A stretch of 64,000 nucleotides of DNA, taken from an uncultured delta proteobacterium (GTDB lineage Bacteria > Desulfobacterota > Desulfomonilia > UBA1062). The notes under the pieces were generated by a model. It was not told the origin of the DNA. It did not search any database and saw only the letters and a list, made by a program, of their open reading frames with translations. This document shows positions 42,521-53,365 of this stretch, piece by piece. A program made the translations under genes and the position numbers. The stretch covers positions 64,001-128,000 of the forward strand of contig CAVVYZ010000017.1 of NCBI GenBank assembly GCA_963752595.1, given 5' to 3'. The number at the start of each line of letters is the position of its first letter. Position 1 is the stretch's first letter.

Positions 42521-43111
42521 ATGCATAAACTGTTATCCATAATTGCAGGGGTGATTGTCCCGTGTCTTTTTTCTTCGTTCCTCTGGGCTCAGGAGGCGCA
42601 GAGCGATTACCGGAACGCCCTCATGAAATTGACGCTGTACGTTCCGGAAGATCCCAAAGAAAGGGAATCCCTTGGCATCAAGAGCTCCTCGGGAAAGATG
42701 TCTTTAACACAGATCAAATCCGAGATCCTCATTATCGAGATTTTCAGCATGTACTGTCCCCATTGCCAGAAGCATGCCCCCACCGCCGATAAACTCTACC
42801 ATGCTATTGACAGCAGGAAGGAGTTTAGGGATAAGATAAAATTTATAGGAATCGGTGTGGGGAATTCACAATACGAGGTGGAAATATTCAGGCAGAAGTA
42901 TTCACCACCGTTCCCCTTGTTTGATGATAGGGCATGCGTGGTCACAAATTCATTCACTGGTATCCGCACGCTCTACTATCTCGGGATTCGGATCAACAAG
43001 GGTTCGAGCTTTGAGATATTCTATTCGAACGCCGGCGGGTTTACGGATGCTGAGGAGTTTTTGAACATGATCGTGAAGGAATCAGGTATTCAACGAGGAG
43101 GAAGTCGATGA
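42521..43111 (+). CDS. Exported thioredoxin-fold (TlpA-like) protein
   Basis: Signal peptide, FSMYCPHCQ, FPLFDD. Confidence 0.78.
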   Translation: MHKLLSIIAGVIVPCLFSSFLWAQEAQSDYRNALMKLTLYVPEDPKERESLGIKSSSGKMSLTQIKSEILIIEIFSMYCPHCQKHAPTADKLYHAIDSRKEFRDKIKFIGIGVGNSQYEVEIFRQKYSPPFPLFDDRACVVTNSFTGIRTLYYLGIRINKGSSFEIFYSNAGGFTDAEEFLNMIVKESGIQRGGSR

Positions 43112-43704
43112 AGAGAAATGTCTGGGCTGGAATCCTGTGTGCGCTGTTCCTGGTTGTCGGTGCGCAGAACGCACCAGCTGTTTCCGATGCCATGAAAAAA
43201 GAGATCTATGACGTCGGGAAGCTCAAGCCCATAGACAGCGAATTGAAGGTCCGGGTAGGCGAGCAGGCTCCGGATTTTACGCTGAGATCCACATCCGGCA
43301 AGACGGTTTCTCTGTCGGAGTTCCGGGAAAAGAGCAACGTCGTCATCTCTTTCATCCCTTCTGCATGGACCCCGATCTGTTCTGACCAGTGGCCCGGATA
43401 CAATGTTGCTCAGGATGTTTTCCGAAAAAATAATACCGTTGTATTAGGCATTAGTGTCGATAATGTCCCCACGTTATATGCATGGACCGCACAGATGGAC
43501 GGCCTGTGGTTTCCCGTACTTTCCGATTTCTGGCCTCATGGGGCGGTTGCGAAAAAGTTCGGGGTCCTGCGCTCGGACGGCATTGCGGAAAGGGCCATCT
43601 TTATCGTCGACAGAAAGGGCAAGATCCGCTACATCGGGCTCCAGGATATTAACGTACGGCCGCTGCTTGAGGATATCGTAAAAGAGCTGGAGAAACTCAG
43701 GTAA
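43108..43704 (+). CDS. Exported AhpE-like peroxiredoxin
   Basis: APDFTL, PSAWTPICSDQ (PxxxTxxC), LSDFWPHG, ERAIFIVD. Confidence 0.85.
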   Translation: MKRNVWAGILCALFLVVGAQNAPAVSDAMKKEIYDVGKLKPIDSELKVRVGEQAPDFTLRSTSGKTVSLSEFREKSNVVISFIPSAWTPICSDQWPGYNVAQDVFRKNNTVVLGISVDNVPTLYAWTAQMDGLWFPVLSDFWPHGAVAKKFGVLRSDGIAERAIFIVDRKGKIRYIGLQDINVRPLLEDIVKELEKLR

Positions 43705-43772
43705 CAAGAAAAAGCGACACTTATTACCTGTGCAGCCCCTTGAGGGAAACATCCTGTTTCCTCATTTTCTGC

Positions 43773-44309
43773 TTATACTGGATCTTTAGGCTTACCGCCT
43801 TCCTTGAATGTAGCGAGATACCTGGCTGCAAGATCGATATACATCTGCTTGCCTACGAGCATCGCGTCTCGGTGTTTCTGCTCGATATCTCCCTTTTCTA
43901 CGGCAGGAGAACCCGCATAAATCTTACCTTCCGGAACCACCTGGTTCTTCTTTACCAGGGAGTGTTCAGCAATAATCGACCAGTTCCCCACCATAGTATT
44001 ATCGCTTAAAGTCGAATGCATCCCGATAACGGCATAGGCGCCTACGCTTTTTCCGTGTAACATTGCCAAATGCCCGATGGTGACGGACCTTCCGATGGTC
44101 AGAATCGAAGGGGTATGGATAACCACGCCGTCTTCCACGGCTGTTTCGTCATCAATGACGATCGCGCCGAAATCACCCCTGATTACGGCCCCGGGGCCAA
44201 TCCAGCATCGCTCTCCGATCCGTACGTTTCCGATGATGTACGCGCTGGGAGCCACCCATGTCCCGGCACCCACAATGGGGATGGTATTGTTGAATGAATA
44301 TATTGCCAT
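43773..44309 (-). CDS. Gamma carbonic anhydrase family (hexapeptide repeat) protein
   Basis: MAIYSF..., APSAYIIGNV, IRGD, TIGHLAMLHG, GSPA; GGAGG RBS before 44309. Confidence 0.88.
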   Translation of the reverse strand: MAIYSFNNTIPIVGAGTWVAPSAYIIGNVRIGERCWIGPGAVIRGDFGAIVIDDETAVEDGVVIHTPSILTIGRSVTIGHLAMLHGKSVGAYAVIGMHSTLSDNTMVGNWSIIAEHSLVKKNQVVPEGKIYAGSPAVEKGDIEQKHRDAMLVGKQMYIDLAARYLATFKEGGKPKDPV

Positions 44310-44525
44310 ACATCCTCCCGAATAGTTCATAATGTTCATCGTGTAAAAAAGAGGAGACGCATCATGAAGTATGGAGACAACATACGTTGGATGCCGACCC
44401 TTTGTCAAATATCTGAATCTAATCATAAATAGACAAGGATTAAGCGCGGAAAATTTTATTTCATCCATTTTTTTTGCGTGAACTTTTGCCGATAATAAGT
44501 GTGAATACTATTGTATGCTCTGTAG

Positions 44526-46856
44526 TTGAGAGAATGGGGTCAGATTATGTTAGGCGAATTGACAGGGAACATACCGGGGTTTCCACAGAGAAGCATGTCG
44601 CAAGAAAAGGCAGACAAGGGGAAAATCCTTAAGAGGGAACAGAGAGAACGCCTGTATCGGAATCAATTCAAGGGCGCGTGCGTCCGATCCGGCGGAGTGA
44701 TTGTCATCTGGCTCTTCACGCTTCTCGCGTATCTTTACGGGGCTATCGATTTTCGGGCATTCAAAGGGGCCAGCCTTTCCATTGCCTACATTGTTCTCAT
44801 GCATGTGCCCCTCATCCCTCTGTTGAGGTATGTCTCCGGTAAAAGACTCTATGAATTCTTCTCCTTTTTGATCAATATCCTGGAAATCATCGGTTATACG
44901 AGTTTCATTTATTTTGTAGGCGGCTTTCGTTCCACGTACCTTACCCCGGTTTATGCCGCCATGATATTTTACGTAGGGGTTCTAGCTCCGAAGAGATATC
45001 CGTTCATACTGGCAGGCTTCAGCTCGTTGTCATTCGGCATCATGGTAGCCATGGAGCACTTCGGCATCATTCCTCATCAAAATGTGGTATTCGAATATAA
45101 CTTCCAGTGGAATATCGTATTCCTCGTCCTCCTGATCATGAGCGCGCTATTATTCGTTGTGGCCTTTATGTCTTCGTACACCGCAGGGATACTTCAGAAT
45201 GCCAGGGCAAAGCTCAAAGAGCAGAATATCGAGCTGGAAAAGGCAAACGATCGCCTCGTGCAGGAGATCGAAGAGCGCAACCGTGCGTATCAGGCCTTGC
45301 GGGAGAGCGAGGAAAAGCTTCATGATATCTTCGAAAATGTTTCGGATGCTTTGTTTTCTCATGATCTCCAGGGTAATTTCCTGGAGACGAACATGGGAAT
45401 GAAACGGTTGCTCGGATATAAGGATGATGAATCCCTGCCTGCTCGGCTCAACCTCAGGGATCTGGCCCCGGAACGCTATGCATCGTCCATCGAGGATTAC
45501 CTTGAGGATGTGAAGAAAAAGGATAAAAGCGAAGGGATGATGCGGGTTCTGATCAAGGACGGCAGGGAATGCCTCGTGGAATATAAGAACTCGCTCATTC
45601 ACGATGCAAGCGGCAAAGCAATAGGCATCAGGGGATCTGCCAGGGATGTCACGGAAAAATTCCTGGCTGAAAAAGAAAAGAGCAAGCTTCAGGAGCAGCT
45701 CCAGCAGGCGAAAAAGATGGAAGCACTCGGAACCCTTGCCGGAGGGGTTGCTCATGATCTCAACAATATACTCTCAGGGATTGTCAGCTACCCCGAACTG
45801 CTGCTCATGGAGATTCCTGGCACCAGTCCGCTTCGCAAACCCCTGCTCACGATACAGAAGTCCGGGGAAAAGGCAGCTTCTATCGTTCAGGATCTTCTCA
45901 CCCTGGCTAGGAGAGGTGTTGCTGTTTCGGAGTTCATTGAACTTAACTCTGTTATCCGGGAATATCTGAAGAGTCCCGAATATCAGAAAGTCCTCCTGCT
46001 GCACCCTGATGTCGAGGTCATAACCGATTTCGACGATGAGCTTCGATGCATTATCACCGGCTCGCCGGTACACGTTGCAAAAACGATCATGAATCTCGTG
46101 ACAAATGCCTTTGAATCAATGCCCCGAGGAGGCAGGGTAAGCATTACGACCGCCAATGCCACGCTTCATGACCCCATCAAAGGCTTCGATGCCTTCCGTG
46201 AAGGACAGTATGCGGTTTTCCAGATATCCGATACGGGGGTTGGTATGTCGGAGAAGGACAGGGAAAGGATCTTTGACCCGTTCTATACCAAGAAGGTCAT
46301 GGGAAGGAGCGGGACCGGTCTCGGGCTGACCGTCGTCTGGGGAACCGTAAAGGACATGGGAGGGCACATAGATGTCCAGAGCACTGCCGGAAACGGTTCC
46401 ACGTTCACCCTTTATTTCCCGGCCGGGAATGATGCACATGTCGGGAAAGAGATGAGAACCGAAAGCACTGCTTTAACCGGGAATGGCGAGAAGGTCCTGG
46501 TGGTCGACGACAGTGCCGAGCAGAGGGAAATAGCAACCCGCATGCTGAATAAGCTGGGATATACCGTAGTATCTGCATCCAGCGGGGAAAGCGCAGTGCA
46601 ATACCTGGAGAAAAATGCCACAGATCTGGTTCTTCTCGACATGATCATGAGTCCGGGGATCGACGGCCTTGAAACCTATAAACGGATCCTCAAGCTGCAC
46701 CCGAAGCAAAAGGCCATTATCGCAAGCGGCTATTCCGAAACCGATCGTGTCAGGGAAGCACAGAAGCTCGGGGCAGGCGTCTATATAAGGAAGCCCTACC
46801 TCATGGAAAAGATCGGCCAGGCAGTAAAAATTGAACTGGGGCAAGGCCGGTCCTGA
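44526..46856 (+). CDS. Membrane-bound hybrid sensor histidine kinase (TM-PAS-HisKA-HATPase-REC)
   Basis: Multiple TM segments, GTLAGGVAHDLNN, DTGVGM, PFYTKK, GTGLGL, and receiver motifs VVDD/LDMIM/KP. Start uncertain. Confidence 0.92.
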   Translation: MREWGQIMLGELTGNIPGFPQRSMSQEKADKGKILKREQRERLYRNQFKGACVRSGGVIVIWLFTLLAYLYGAIDFRAFKGASLSIAYIVLMHVPLIPLLRYVSGKRLYEFFSFLINILEIIGYTSFIYFVGGFRSTYLTPVYAAMIFYVGVLAPKRYPFILAGFSSLSFGIMVAMEHFGIIPHQNVVFEYNFQWNIVFLVLLIMSALLFVVAFMSSYTAGILQNARAKLKEQNIELEKANDRLVQEIEERNRAYQALRESEEKLHDIFENVSDALFSHDLQGNFLETNMGMKRLLGYKDDESLPARLNLRDLAPERYASSIEDYLEDVKKKDKSEGMMRVLIKDGRECLVEYKNSLIHDASGKAIGIRGSARDVTEKFLAEKEKSKLQEQLQQAKKMEALGTLAGGVAHDLNNILSGIVSYPELLLMEIPGTSPLRKPLLTIQKSGEKAASIVQDLLTLARRGVAVSEFIELNSVIREYLKSPEYQKVLLLHPDVEVITDFDDELRCIITGSPVHVAKTIMNLVTNAFESMPRGGRVSITTANATLHDPIKGFDAFREGQYAVFQISDTGVGMSEKDRERIFDPFYTKKVMGRSGTGLGLTVVWGTVKDMGGHIDVQSTAGNGSTFTLYFPAGNDAHVGKEMRTESTALTGNGEKVLVVDDSAEQREIATRMLNKLGYTVVSASSGESAVQYLEKNATDLVLLDMIMSPGIDGLETYKRILKLHPKQKAIIASGYSETDRVREAQKLGAGVYIRKPYLMEKIGQAVKIELGQGRS

Positions 46857-46867
46857 CCAAGGGTCAA

Positions 46868-47836
46868 TTACCCCTTACTCCCCTTGTGATATGTTTCTAT
46901 GAGCAGGGGGATAAAGGTAGTGAGGTCTTCGACGACACCATAATGCGCAACCCGGAAAATAGAGGCGTTGATGTCTGCATTGACGGCAATGATCGTGCGG
47001 GAATCTTTCATCCCTGCAAGATGCTGGGCAGCCCCTGAAATCCCGCAGGCAACGTAGAGCTTCGGAGACACTTTGTTGCCAGTGATCCCGATCTGGTGGG
47101 TATAATCGAGCCAGCCCAGGTCGCATACCGCCCGTGTCGCTCCGAGGGCCGATTTCGAAAAGAGAGAACAGAAATCGCGTAAGATTCTGATATTTTCCTG
47201 CTTGCCGATACCCCTGCCTGCTGAAACGATGACCTCGGCATCGGAAAGGGCCATGTTTTTATGAGTTGACTCACGGATACCATGCGTCCGCGCAGAGACC
47301 GGCTCGTCCGGAAAGTTGATGATCCTGACCTCGCCGGGCAACTTTTTTGCATGGTCATACGGCTTCCAGGCGCCGGGTAATACGGTCAGCACGGAAACCT
47401 GCATGGAGGGTCGGATTTTCACCCTGAACTTCCCGCCGAACATGGTGCGGATGAATGATCCCTTCCCGATTTCCTCCACAGCGGTTATGCAGCATGCCTG
47501 AAGTGCTATAGAGAGCTGCGGGGCAAAGTCGGCTCCCTGAGCTGTATGGGGGATGCATACGCAGTCGGGGTCTTTCCCTTTGAGAAAAGAAGAAAGGGCC
47601 TTTGTGTATGCTTCCGCACAATACTCCCTCAAAAAACATCCCTTAATTCCGACTACTTCAAGACCGGTTTTCCGTGCGAGCTGTTCTGCCAGAGGGTCTA
47701 TCCTGTCCCCATCTGCGAGAACGAGCAGCGTTATCTTTCCTTCTTTGAGCTCACAGGCGAACGATACGGTTTCATAGGTTTCCTGCAGGATCTGCCCGTT
47801 TTCGTGCAAAGCGGCTACATAGATCGTTTTATTCAT
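46868..47836 (-). CDS. etfA: Electron transfer flavoprotein alpha subunit
   Basis: SAGRG, GATR, QIGITG, ACGISGAAQHLAGM, AVNAD. Confidence 0.93.
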   Translation of the reverse strand: MNKTIYVAALHENGQILQETYETVSFACELKEGKITLLVLADGDRIDPLAEQLARKTGLEVVGIKGCFLREYCAEAYTKALSSFLKGKDPDCVCIPHTAQGADFAPQLSIALQACCITAVEEIGKGSFIRTMFGGKFRVKIRPSMQVSVLTVLPGAWKPYDHAKKLPGEVRIINFPDEPVSARTHGIRESTHKNMALSDAEVIVSAGRGIGKQENIRILRDFCSLFSKSALGATRAVCDLGWLDYTHQIGITGNKVSPKLYVACGISGAAQHLAGMKDSRTIIAVNADINASIFRVAHYGVVEDLTTFIPLLIETYHKGSKG

Positions 47837-47850
47837 AGAGGATCCTTCTT

Positions 47851-48627
47851 TTAAAGCAGGGAATGCCTATGGAGAATTTCAAGGAGCTTTTCCGCTTTTT
47901 GGGCAGGAGACCCCTCGATGATTTCACCTTTTCCGCCCTGTGGGGAAAAGGCGATCTTTTCTAAAACCTGGGAGGATCGGGGTGCCCCGAGCGTGGAGGC
48001 ATCGATTCGCTCGAGTGCTGCGGTGCGGGATTTGAGCATGTGGGAAAGCGCGGGGTACCTCGGGGTATTGATCCCTGACTGGATAGTGAGCACTGCCGGG
48101 AACTTCAGGGTCAGGCGCTCCCTGCACCCCCCTTCGATCTCCCGCTCTACGGCTAGCTCTCCCGAACGTTCGGCTGTTCCCTGGGAAATGACGTTCGTGG
48201 CGCACGCATAGGAAAGCATTGCAGCAGTGAGCCCTCCCACCTGGCCCTCCATGTCGTCCTCAGCCATGACCCCGGTGAGGATGAGGTCGTAGTTTCTGCT
48301 TCGAACTGCCGCTGAGATCAGGGAGGCCCGCTCGAAGGCGCTGAAATACCCGTCTTCATTCTTCATGATGTGGATTCCATGGTGAGCGCCCATACCCAAT
48401 GCACGCCTTATCGTTGCCTGGACCCTCTCCGGGCCCACTGACAAAACATCGACGGCGGTATCCGGATAATGCTCGGCAATGCTTAAGCCCTCTTCGAGGG
48501 CATATTCGTCATAACGGTTCATGCGGAAGACCGTGTTTCCCGCATACTCGATCCATGTGGCGGTTTCGTTGATGCCGAGCGTTTCAGTGCTGTCACAGAC
48601 CTGTTTGACGCAAACGAGGATTTTCAT
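47851..48627 (-). CDS. etfB: Electron transfer flavoprotein beta subunit
   Basis: MKILVCVKQV, NRYDEYALE, ALGMGA, NTPRYP. Confidence 0.93.
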   Translation of the reverse strand: MKILVCVKQVCDSTETLGINETATWIEYAGNTVFRMNRYDEYALEEGLSIAEHYPDTAVDVLSVGPERVQATIRRALGMGAHHGIHIMKNEDGYFSAFERASLISAAVRSRNYDLILTGVMAEDDMEGQVGGLTAAMLSYACATNVISQGTAERSGELAVEREIEGGCRERLTLKFPAVLTIQSGINTPRYPALSHMLKSRTAALERIDASTLGAPRSSQVLEKIAFSPQGGKGEIIEGSPAQKAEKLLEILHRHSLL

Positions 48628-48694
48628 AGCCTCTCCATGGTCAGGATATGATGTAGAAGTTATCATAACCTAAGGGACAGGTGAACGCAATTCT

Positions 48695-48748
48695 AAAACG
48701 AGCAAGCGCTCGTTTTTTATTGACAGGTGGGGCACCTTCTGCTACAGA
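48695..48748 (+). promoter_or_regulatory. TetR-like palindrome plus sigma70 promoter in the etfB / phosphatase divergent region
   Basis: AAAACGAGC-aagc-GCTCGTTTT (48695-48716), then TTGACA (48720), 17 bp, and TG-c-TACAGA. Confidence 0.6.
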
Positions 48749-48755
48749 GGATTGC

Positions 48756-49469
48756 ATGAGTGTATTGTATCTGATCCGTCACGGGCAGGCATCCTTCGGG
48801 GCAGACAACTACGACAAACTCTCTCCCATGGGTATACGCCAGGCCCTCATCCTGGGCTCCCACCTGACGAGCATCGGGATAGCGCCGGATGCGGTTTATT
48901 CAGGCGCCATGTCGCGGCAGACGCATACCGCAGAAGAAGTAAGACTCTGCTACCGGGAAAGAGGCAAAAATATCCCCGAGCTCCTCTTGAAAAACGGCCT
49001 CAATGAGTTCGATTCTTCGGCGATCATCATCTCGCAGCTTCCGGATATGCAGAAGGAGGACCCCCTTCTTGCAGAGCATCTCCCCCGGATGTACGAGAGC
49101 AGGGAATCGTTTAAGCGCATCTTTGAAGGAGCGATGCTCAGGTGGGTGTCCGGTGAGTTCGACAGGCCCGGCGTAGAGAGCTGGAAAGATTTTCTGGCCC
49201 GGGTAAGCCTCGCAATCACGCAGATCATGGAAGAGCAGGGCAAGGGCAGGAACATATTCGTCTTCACTTCGGGCGGACCCATAGCGGCTGCGCTCCAGTT
49301 TGTCCTGGGCGTTTCGCCCGAGGCTGCCATCCGGCTCAACTGGCAGATCGTGAACACCTCATACACCAAAATCATGTATAATGCCGGTCGGATCACCATG
49401 GCGTGTTTCAACTGCACCGCACACCTGGAGCTGGAGCAGGAAAGATCCGCGCTTGTCAGCTATCGATAA
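48756..49469 (+). CDS. Histidine phosphatase family protein
   Basis: LYLIRHGQASFG, SGAMSRQ, LNEFD, FTSGGPI, NTS. Confidence 0.88.
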   Translation: MSVLYLIRHGQASFGADNYDKLSPMGIRQALILGSHLTSIGIAPDAVYSGAMSRQTHTAEEVRLCYRERGKNIPELLLKNGLNEFDSSAIIISQLPDMQKEDPLLAEHLPRMYESRESFKRIFEGAMLRWVSGEFDRPGVESWKDFLARVSLAITQIMEEQGKGRNIFVFTSGGPIAAALQFVLGVSPEAAIRLNWQIVNTSYTKIMYNAGRITMACFNCTAHLELEQERSALVSYR

Positions 49470-49495
49470 AAGAAAAAAGTAAGAGGAGGATGTGT

Positions 49496-50698
49496 ATGGA
49501 TTTCGAAATCCCGGATAAGATCAAGGTTATCACTGATATGATCAATGAGTTCGTCGACAAGGAGCTCATTCCCCTGGAGCCGGAGTTCGTCACCAAGGAA
49601 TTCAGGAACATGGTCCCGGTGCTGGAAGAGAAGCGGAACATGGTCAGGCAGATGGAGCTGTGGGGGCCGAACCACCCGAAAGAACACGGCGGCATGGGGC
49701 TCGAACCTGGTGGAGCATGGCCTCGTTTCCGAAGCCCTGGGCCGGACTCCCCTCGGGCATTACGTGTTCGGCTGCCAGGCCCCGGACGCCGGCAATATCG
49801 AGATCCTCCACCTTCACGGCACGCCGGAGCAGAAGGAGAAATACCTGAAGCCCCTGGTGGCGGGAAAGATCCGGAGCTGCTTCTCCATGACCGAGGTGGA
49901 CATGCCGGGATCGAACCCGGTCATGATGGAAACCACGGCGGTCAAGGACGGCGACGACTACGTCATCAACGGCCACAAGTGGTACACCACGGCCGCCGAC
50001 GGCTCGAAGTTCGCCATCGTCATGGCGGTGACCAATCCCGAGGCGCCGACGTACCTGCAGGCGAGCATGATCATCGTGCCCTGCGACACGCCCGGCTTCA
50101 ACCTGGTGCGCAACATCCCGGTCATGGGCCAAGCCGGCAGCGACTACGCCAGCCACGGCGAGATACTCTACCAGAACTGCCGCGTGCCGCAGAAGAACCT
50201 CCTGGGCACGGAAGGGCATGGCTTCGTCATCGCCCAGGAGCGGCTCGGACCCGGGCGGATCCACCACTGCATGCGCTGGCTCGGCATCTGCAACCGCTCC
50301 TTCGACCTCATGTGCACGCGGGGCAACGAAGCGGATCATCGCGCCGGGCGGCAAGACCCTGGCCACGCGGCAGATCATCCAGGCCTGGGTGGCCGAATCC
50401 GCGGCCGAGATACAGGCGGCGCGGCTCATGACCCTGTACGCGCCTGGCGGATCGAAAGTCGGGGCCAAGGAGGCCCGGGACGACATCTCCATGATCAAGT
50501 TCGTGGTGGCCAACACCATGCAGCACGTGGTCGACCGGGCCCTGCAGGTCCACGGCGGCCTCGGCATGACCGACGACACGATCATTCGCCTTTTTCTACC
50601 GCCACGAGCGGGCGGCGCGGATTTACGACGGCGCCGACGAGGTGCACAAGATGTCCCTGGCCAAGCGGATCCTGAAGCGGTACGAGAACGGCAAGTGA
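49496..50698 (+). CDS. Acyl-CoA dehydrogenase (ACAD10/11 / LvaC-like), several apparent frameshifts
   Basis: CQAPDAGN, RSCFSMTE, INGHKW, AQERLGPGRIHHCMR, QVHGGLG and IYDGADEVH spread across frames. Confidence 0.9.
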
Positions 50699-50722
50699 GA
50701 AAGGCAAAGAGAGGGATGCCGT

Positions 50723-51403
50723 TTGAATTTCGAGACCTTCAAGGAGCGGTCATGCTCTCCGTGGAGGAGATCTGCCGGGAGCTCCTGGCGAAAACCGCGA
50801 CCGCATCAAGATCAAGAAGGAAGACGTTGCGGTCAAGAACCTGGTGACCATCGTCGAAGCGGCCCTGAGCTCAGCAATGAGAAGGGCTTTGACGCCATGA
50901 GCCTGCGGGACCTGAGCAGCGAATCGGGCCTGAGCATGGGCGCCCTGTATTCCTAATTTCGAGCAAGGAAGACCTGCTGACATGATCCAGCACCAGGGCA
51001 GATCGTTGATATTCAAGGTCCTGGGCGAATATCTGAAGGACATCGAGGACCCGGGGCAAAGCTCGAGCAGGCCATCCAGACCCATCTCTACCTGAGCGAG
51101 CTCATGCAGCCCTGGTTCTATTTTTTCTACATGGAGACCAAGAACCTGCGAAAGAGATACCAGAAGATCGCCATAGAAGCGAGCTGTTCACCGAGCAGAT
51201 CTTCACCGACATCCTCGAGGAAGGCATCACAAGGGCGTATTCCGGAAGGTAAACCCTCAGCTCGGTTAGCCGCCATCAAGGCCATGATCCAGGACTGGTA
51301 TCTGAAGCGGTGGAAGTACGAACGGCGAAAGGTAACAGTGGAGGAATACGCAGGATTTATCATGGACTTTGTTTCATCCTATCTCATGAGAAAGGTACAA
51401 TAG
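50723..51403 (+). CDS. TetR family transcriptional regulator, multiple apparent frameshifts
   Basis: HTH motif KGFDAMSLRDLSSESGLSMGALYS and C-terminal QPWFYFFYME...IKAMIQDWYLKRWKY. Confidence 0.8.
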
Positions 51404-51409
51404 GAAGGG

Positions 51410-52488
51410 ATGTCTTACATGGATCTTCAACGACAAGGCAGCTAGCGTCAGACAGGGCGAAGAGCTGGATACGGGAAAGGTCGGGGAATATCTTAAGAGG
51501 CATACATTCCCGGCCTCGCCGGAGAAATGGCGGTTAAGCAGTTTCCCAGCGGCTACTCCAACCTGACCTACCTCATCAAGGTGGGGAACACGGAGCTGGT
51601 GCTGAGGAGGCCTCCTTTCGGCAGAAAGGCGAAAACCGCCCATGACATGGGCAGGGAGTACCGCATCCTGAAGGCCCTGAACCCGGTGTTCCCTTACTGC
51701 CCGAAGCCGCTGGTCTACACCGAAGACGAAGCCGTCATGGGATGCCCCTTCTACGTCATGGAGCGGATCCAGGGCATCATCCTGAGAAAGAACCTCCCAA
51801 GGGCTTGATCTTCAGCCCTGGACAGATGCGGACGCTCTGCGAGAACCTGCTGGATGTGCAGTACGAGCTTCATTCCATCGATTACAAAGCCATAGGTCTG
51901 GAAGGGTTCGGCAAACCGGAAGGATATGTGAAGAGGCAGGTGGAAGGATGGTCCGAGCGTACCGGGCGGCCCGGACCCCGGATGCGCCGGACTTCGAGGA
52001 TGTCATGCAGTGGCTCCATGACAGGATGCCGCCTGATTCTCCCCGGCCTGCCATCATCCACAACGACTACAAGTTCGACAACGTGGTGCTCGACCCGGAG
52101 AACCCCCTGGAGATCATCGGGGTGCTGGACTGGGAGATGGCGACCATCGGCGATCCGCTCATGGACCTGGGCAGCTCGCTCGGATACTGGGTCCAGAACG
52201 ATGACCCTCAGGATTTCCAGGCAGTCGCGGATGCTCCCCACGAATCTTCCGGGAGCCCTCACCCGGCAGGAGATGGTGAAGCGCTATGCCGCAAAGGCAG
52301 GCATCGCCATCGACAATTTCGATTTCTATCTCTGCTTCGGCCTGTTCCGGCTCGCGGTCATCCTCCAGCAGATCTACTACCGGTTCTATCACGGCCAGAC
52401 CAAGGACGAGCGTTTCAAGATGCTGATCTTCGCCGTGCACATCATTGACGGGATGACGAAAAAGATGATCGAGCAGTCCTTGCTGTAA
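51410..52488 (+). CDS. APH/choline-kinase-like phosphotransferase (ACAD10 kinase / LvaA-like), apparent frameshifts
   Basis: QFPSGYSNLTY, LRRPP, AHDMGREY, FYVME, HNDYKFDN, LDWEMATIGDP. Confidence 0.88.
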
Positions 52489-52526
52489 GCAATTATTAAT
52501 GAACAGAAAAATTGAGGAGAGACGGT

Positions 52527-53290
52527 ATGGAAAAGGTAGATTTCAGGCTGAACGGTAAGGTCGCGCTGGTGACCGGGGCGAGCAGGGGTATCGGAGAGGC
52601 CATAGCCATTACCTTGGCAGATTACGGGGCGCACTGCATCCTGGTGAGCAGAAAGGAAGATGCCCTGAAGAGGGTTGCGGAAAAGATCGCTTCCCGGGGA
52701 GGCAAGGCCGATGTGATGGCCTGCCACGTGGGGGACCTCAAGCAGATCGAGGCGCTCTTCCAAAGGTCAGGGAGCGGTTCGGAAAGCTTAACATCCTCAT
52801 CAACAACGCGGCCACCAATCCCTATTTCGGCGAGATGCTGGGCGCCGACGAAGGGGTATGGAACAAGACCTTTGACGTGAACCTCAAGGGCCCGTTCTTC
52901 ATGATCCAGAAAGCGGCCAAGCTCATGATGGAAGCAGGCGGCGGCTCCATCGTGAACGTCTCCTCCATCAACGGCATCAAGCCGGCGCCTTTCCAAGGGA
53001 TCTACTCCATCACCAAGGCAGGCCTCATCTCCATGACCATGGCCTTTGCCAAGGAGCTCGCCACAAAGAACATCCGGGTGAATGCACTGCTGCCCGGTCT
53101 GGTGGACACGAATTTTTCCAAGGCCATCATGGAAAACGACATGATCTATGACTACGCGGTCAAGATGATCCCCATGGGCAGGCATGCACAGCCCATGGAG
53201 ATAGCAGGGGCTGTGCTCTACCTGGTTTCGGATGCCGCCCCTTTCACGACCGGAGCATGCATGGTGGTGGACGGCGGTGCCCTGGCATAG
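52527..53290 (+). CDS. Short-chain dehydrogenase/reductase, one apparent frameshift near 52765
   Basis: TGASRGIG, NNAATNP, NVSS, YSITK, NALLPG. Confidence 0.9.
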
Positions 53291-53365
53291 ACTGAACGAC
53301 GTGCCTGCAAGGGCAGGAGGGCCTTCATCAACACTTGTCCGAAAATCTTCTGAAGGAGGTTTTAT

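Noticed and set aside
39541-43704. Selenocysteine in the redox proteins
   Set aside because: All active-site positions are ordinary Cys codons in open frames; no in-frame TGA.
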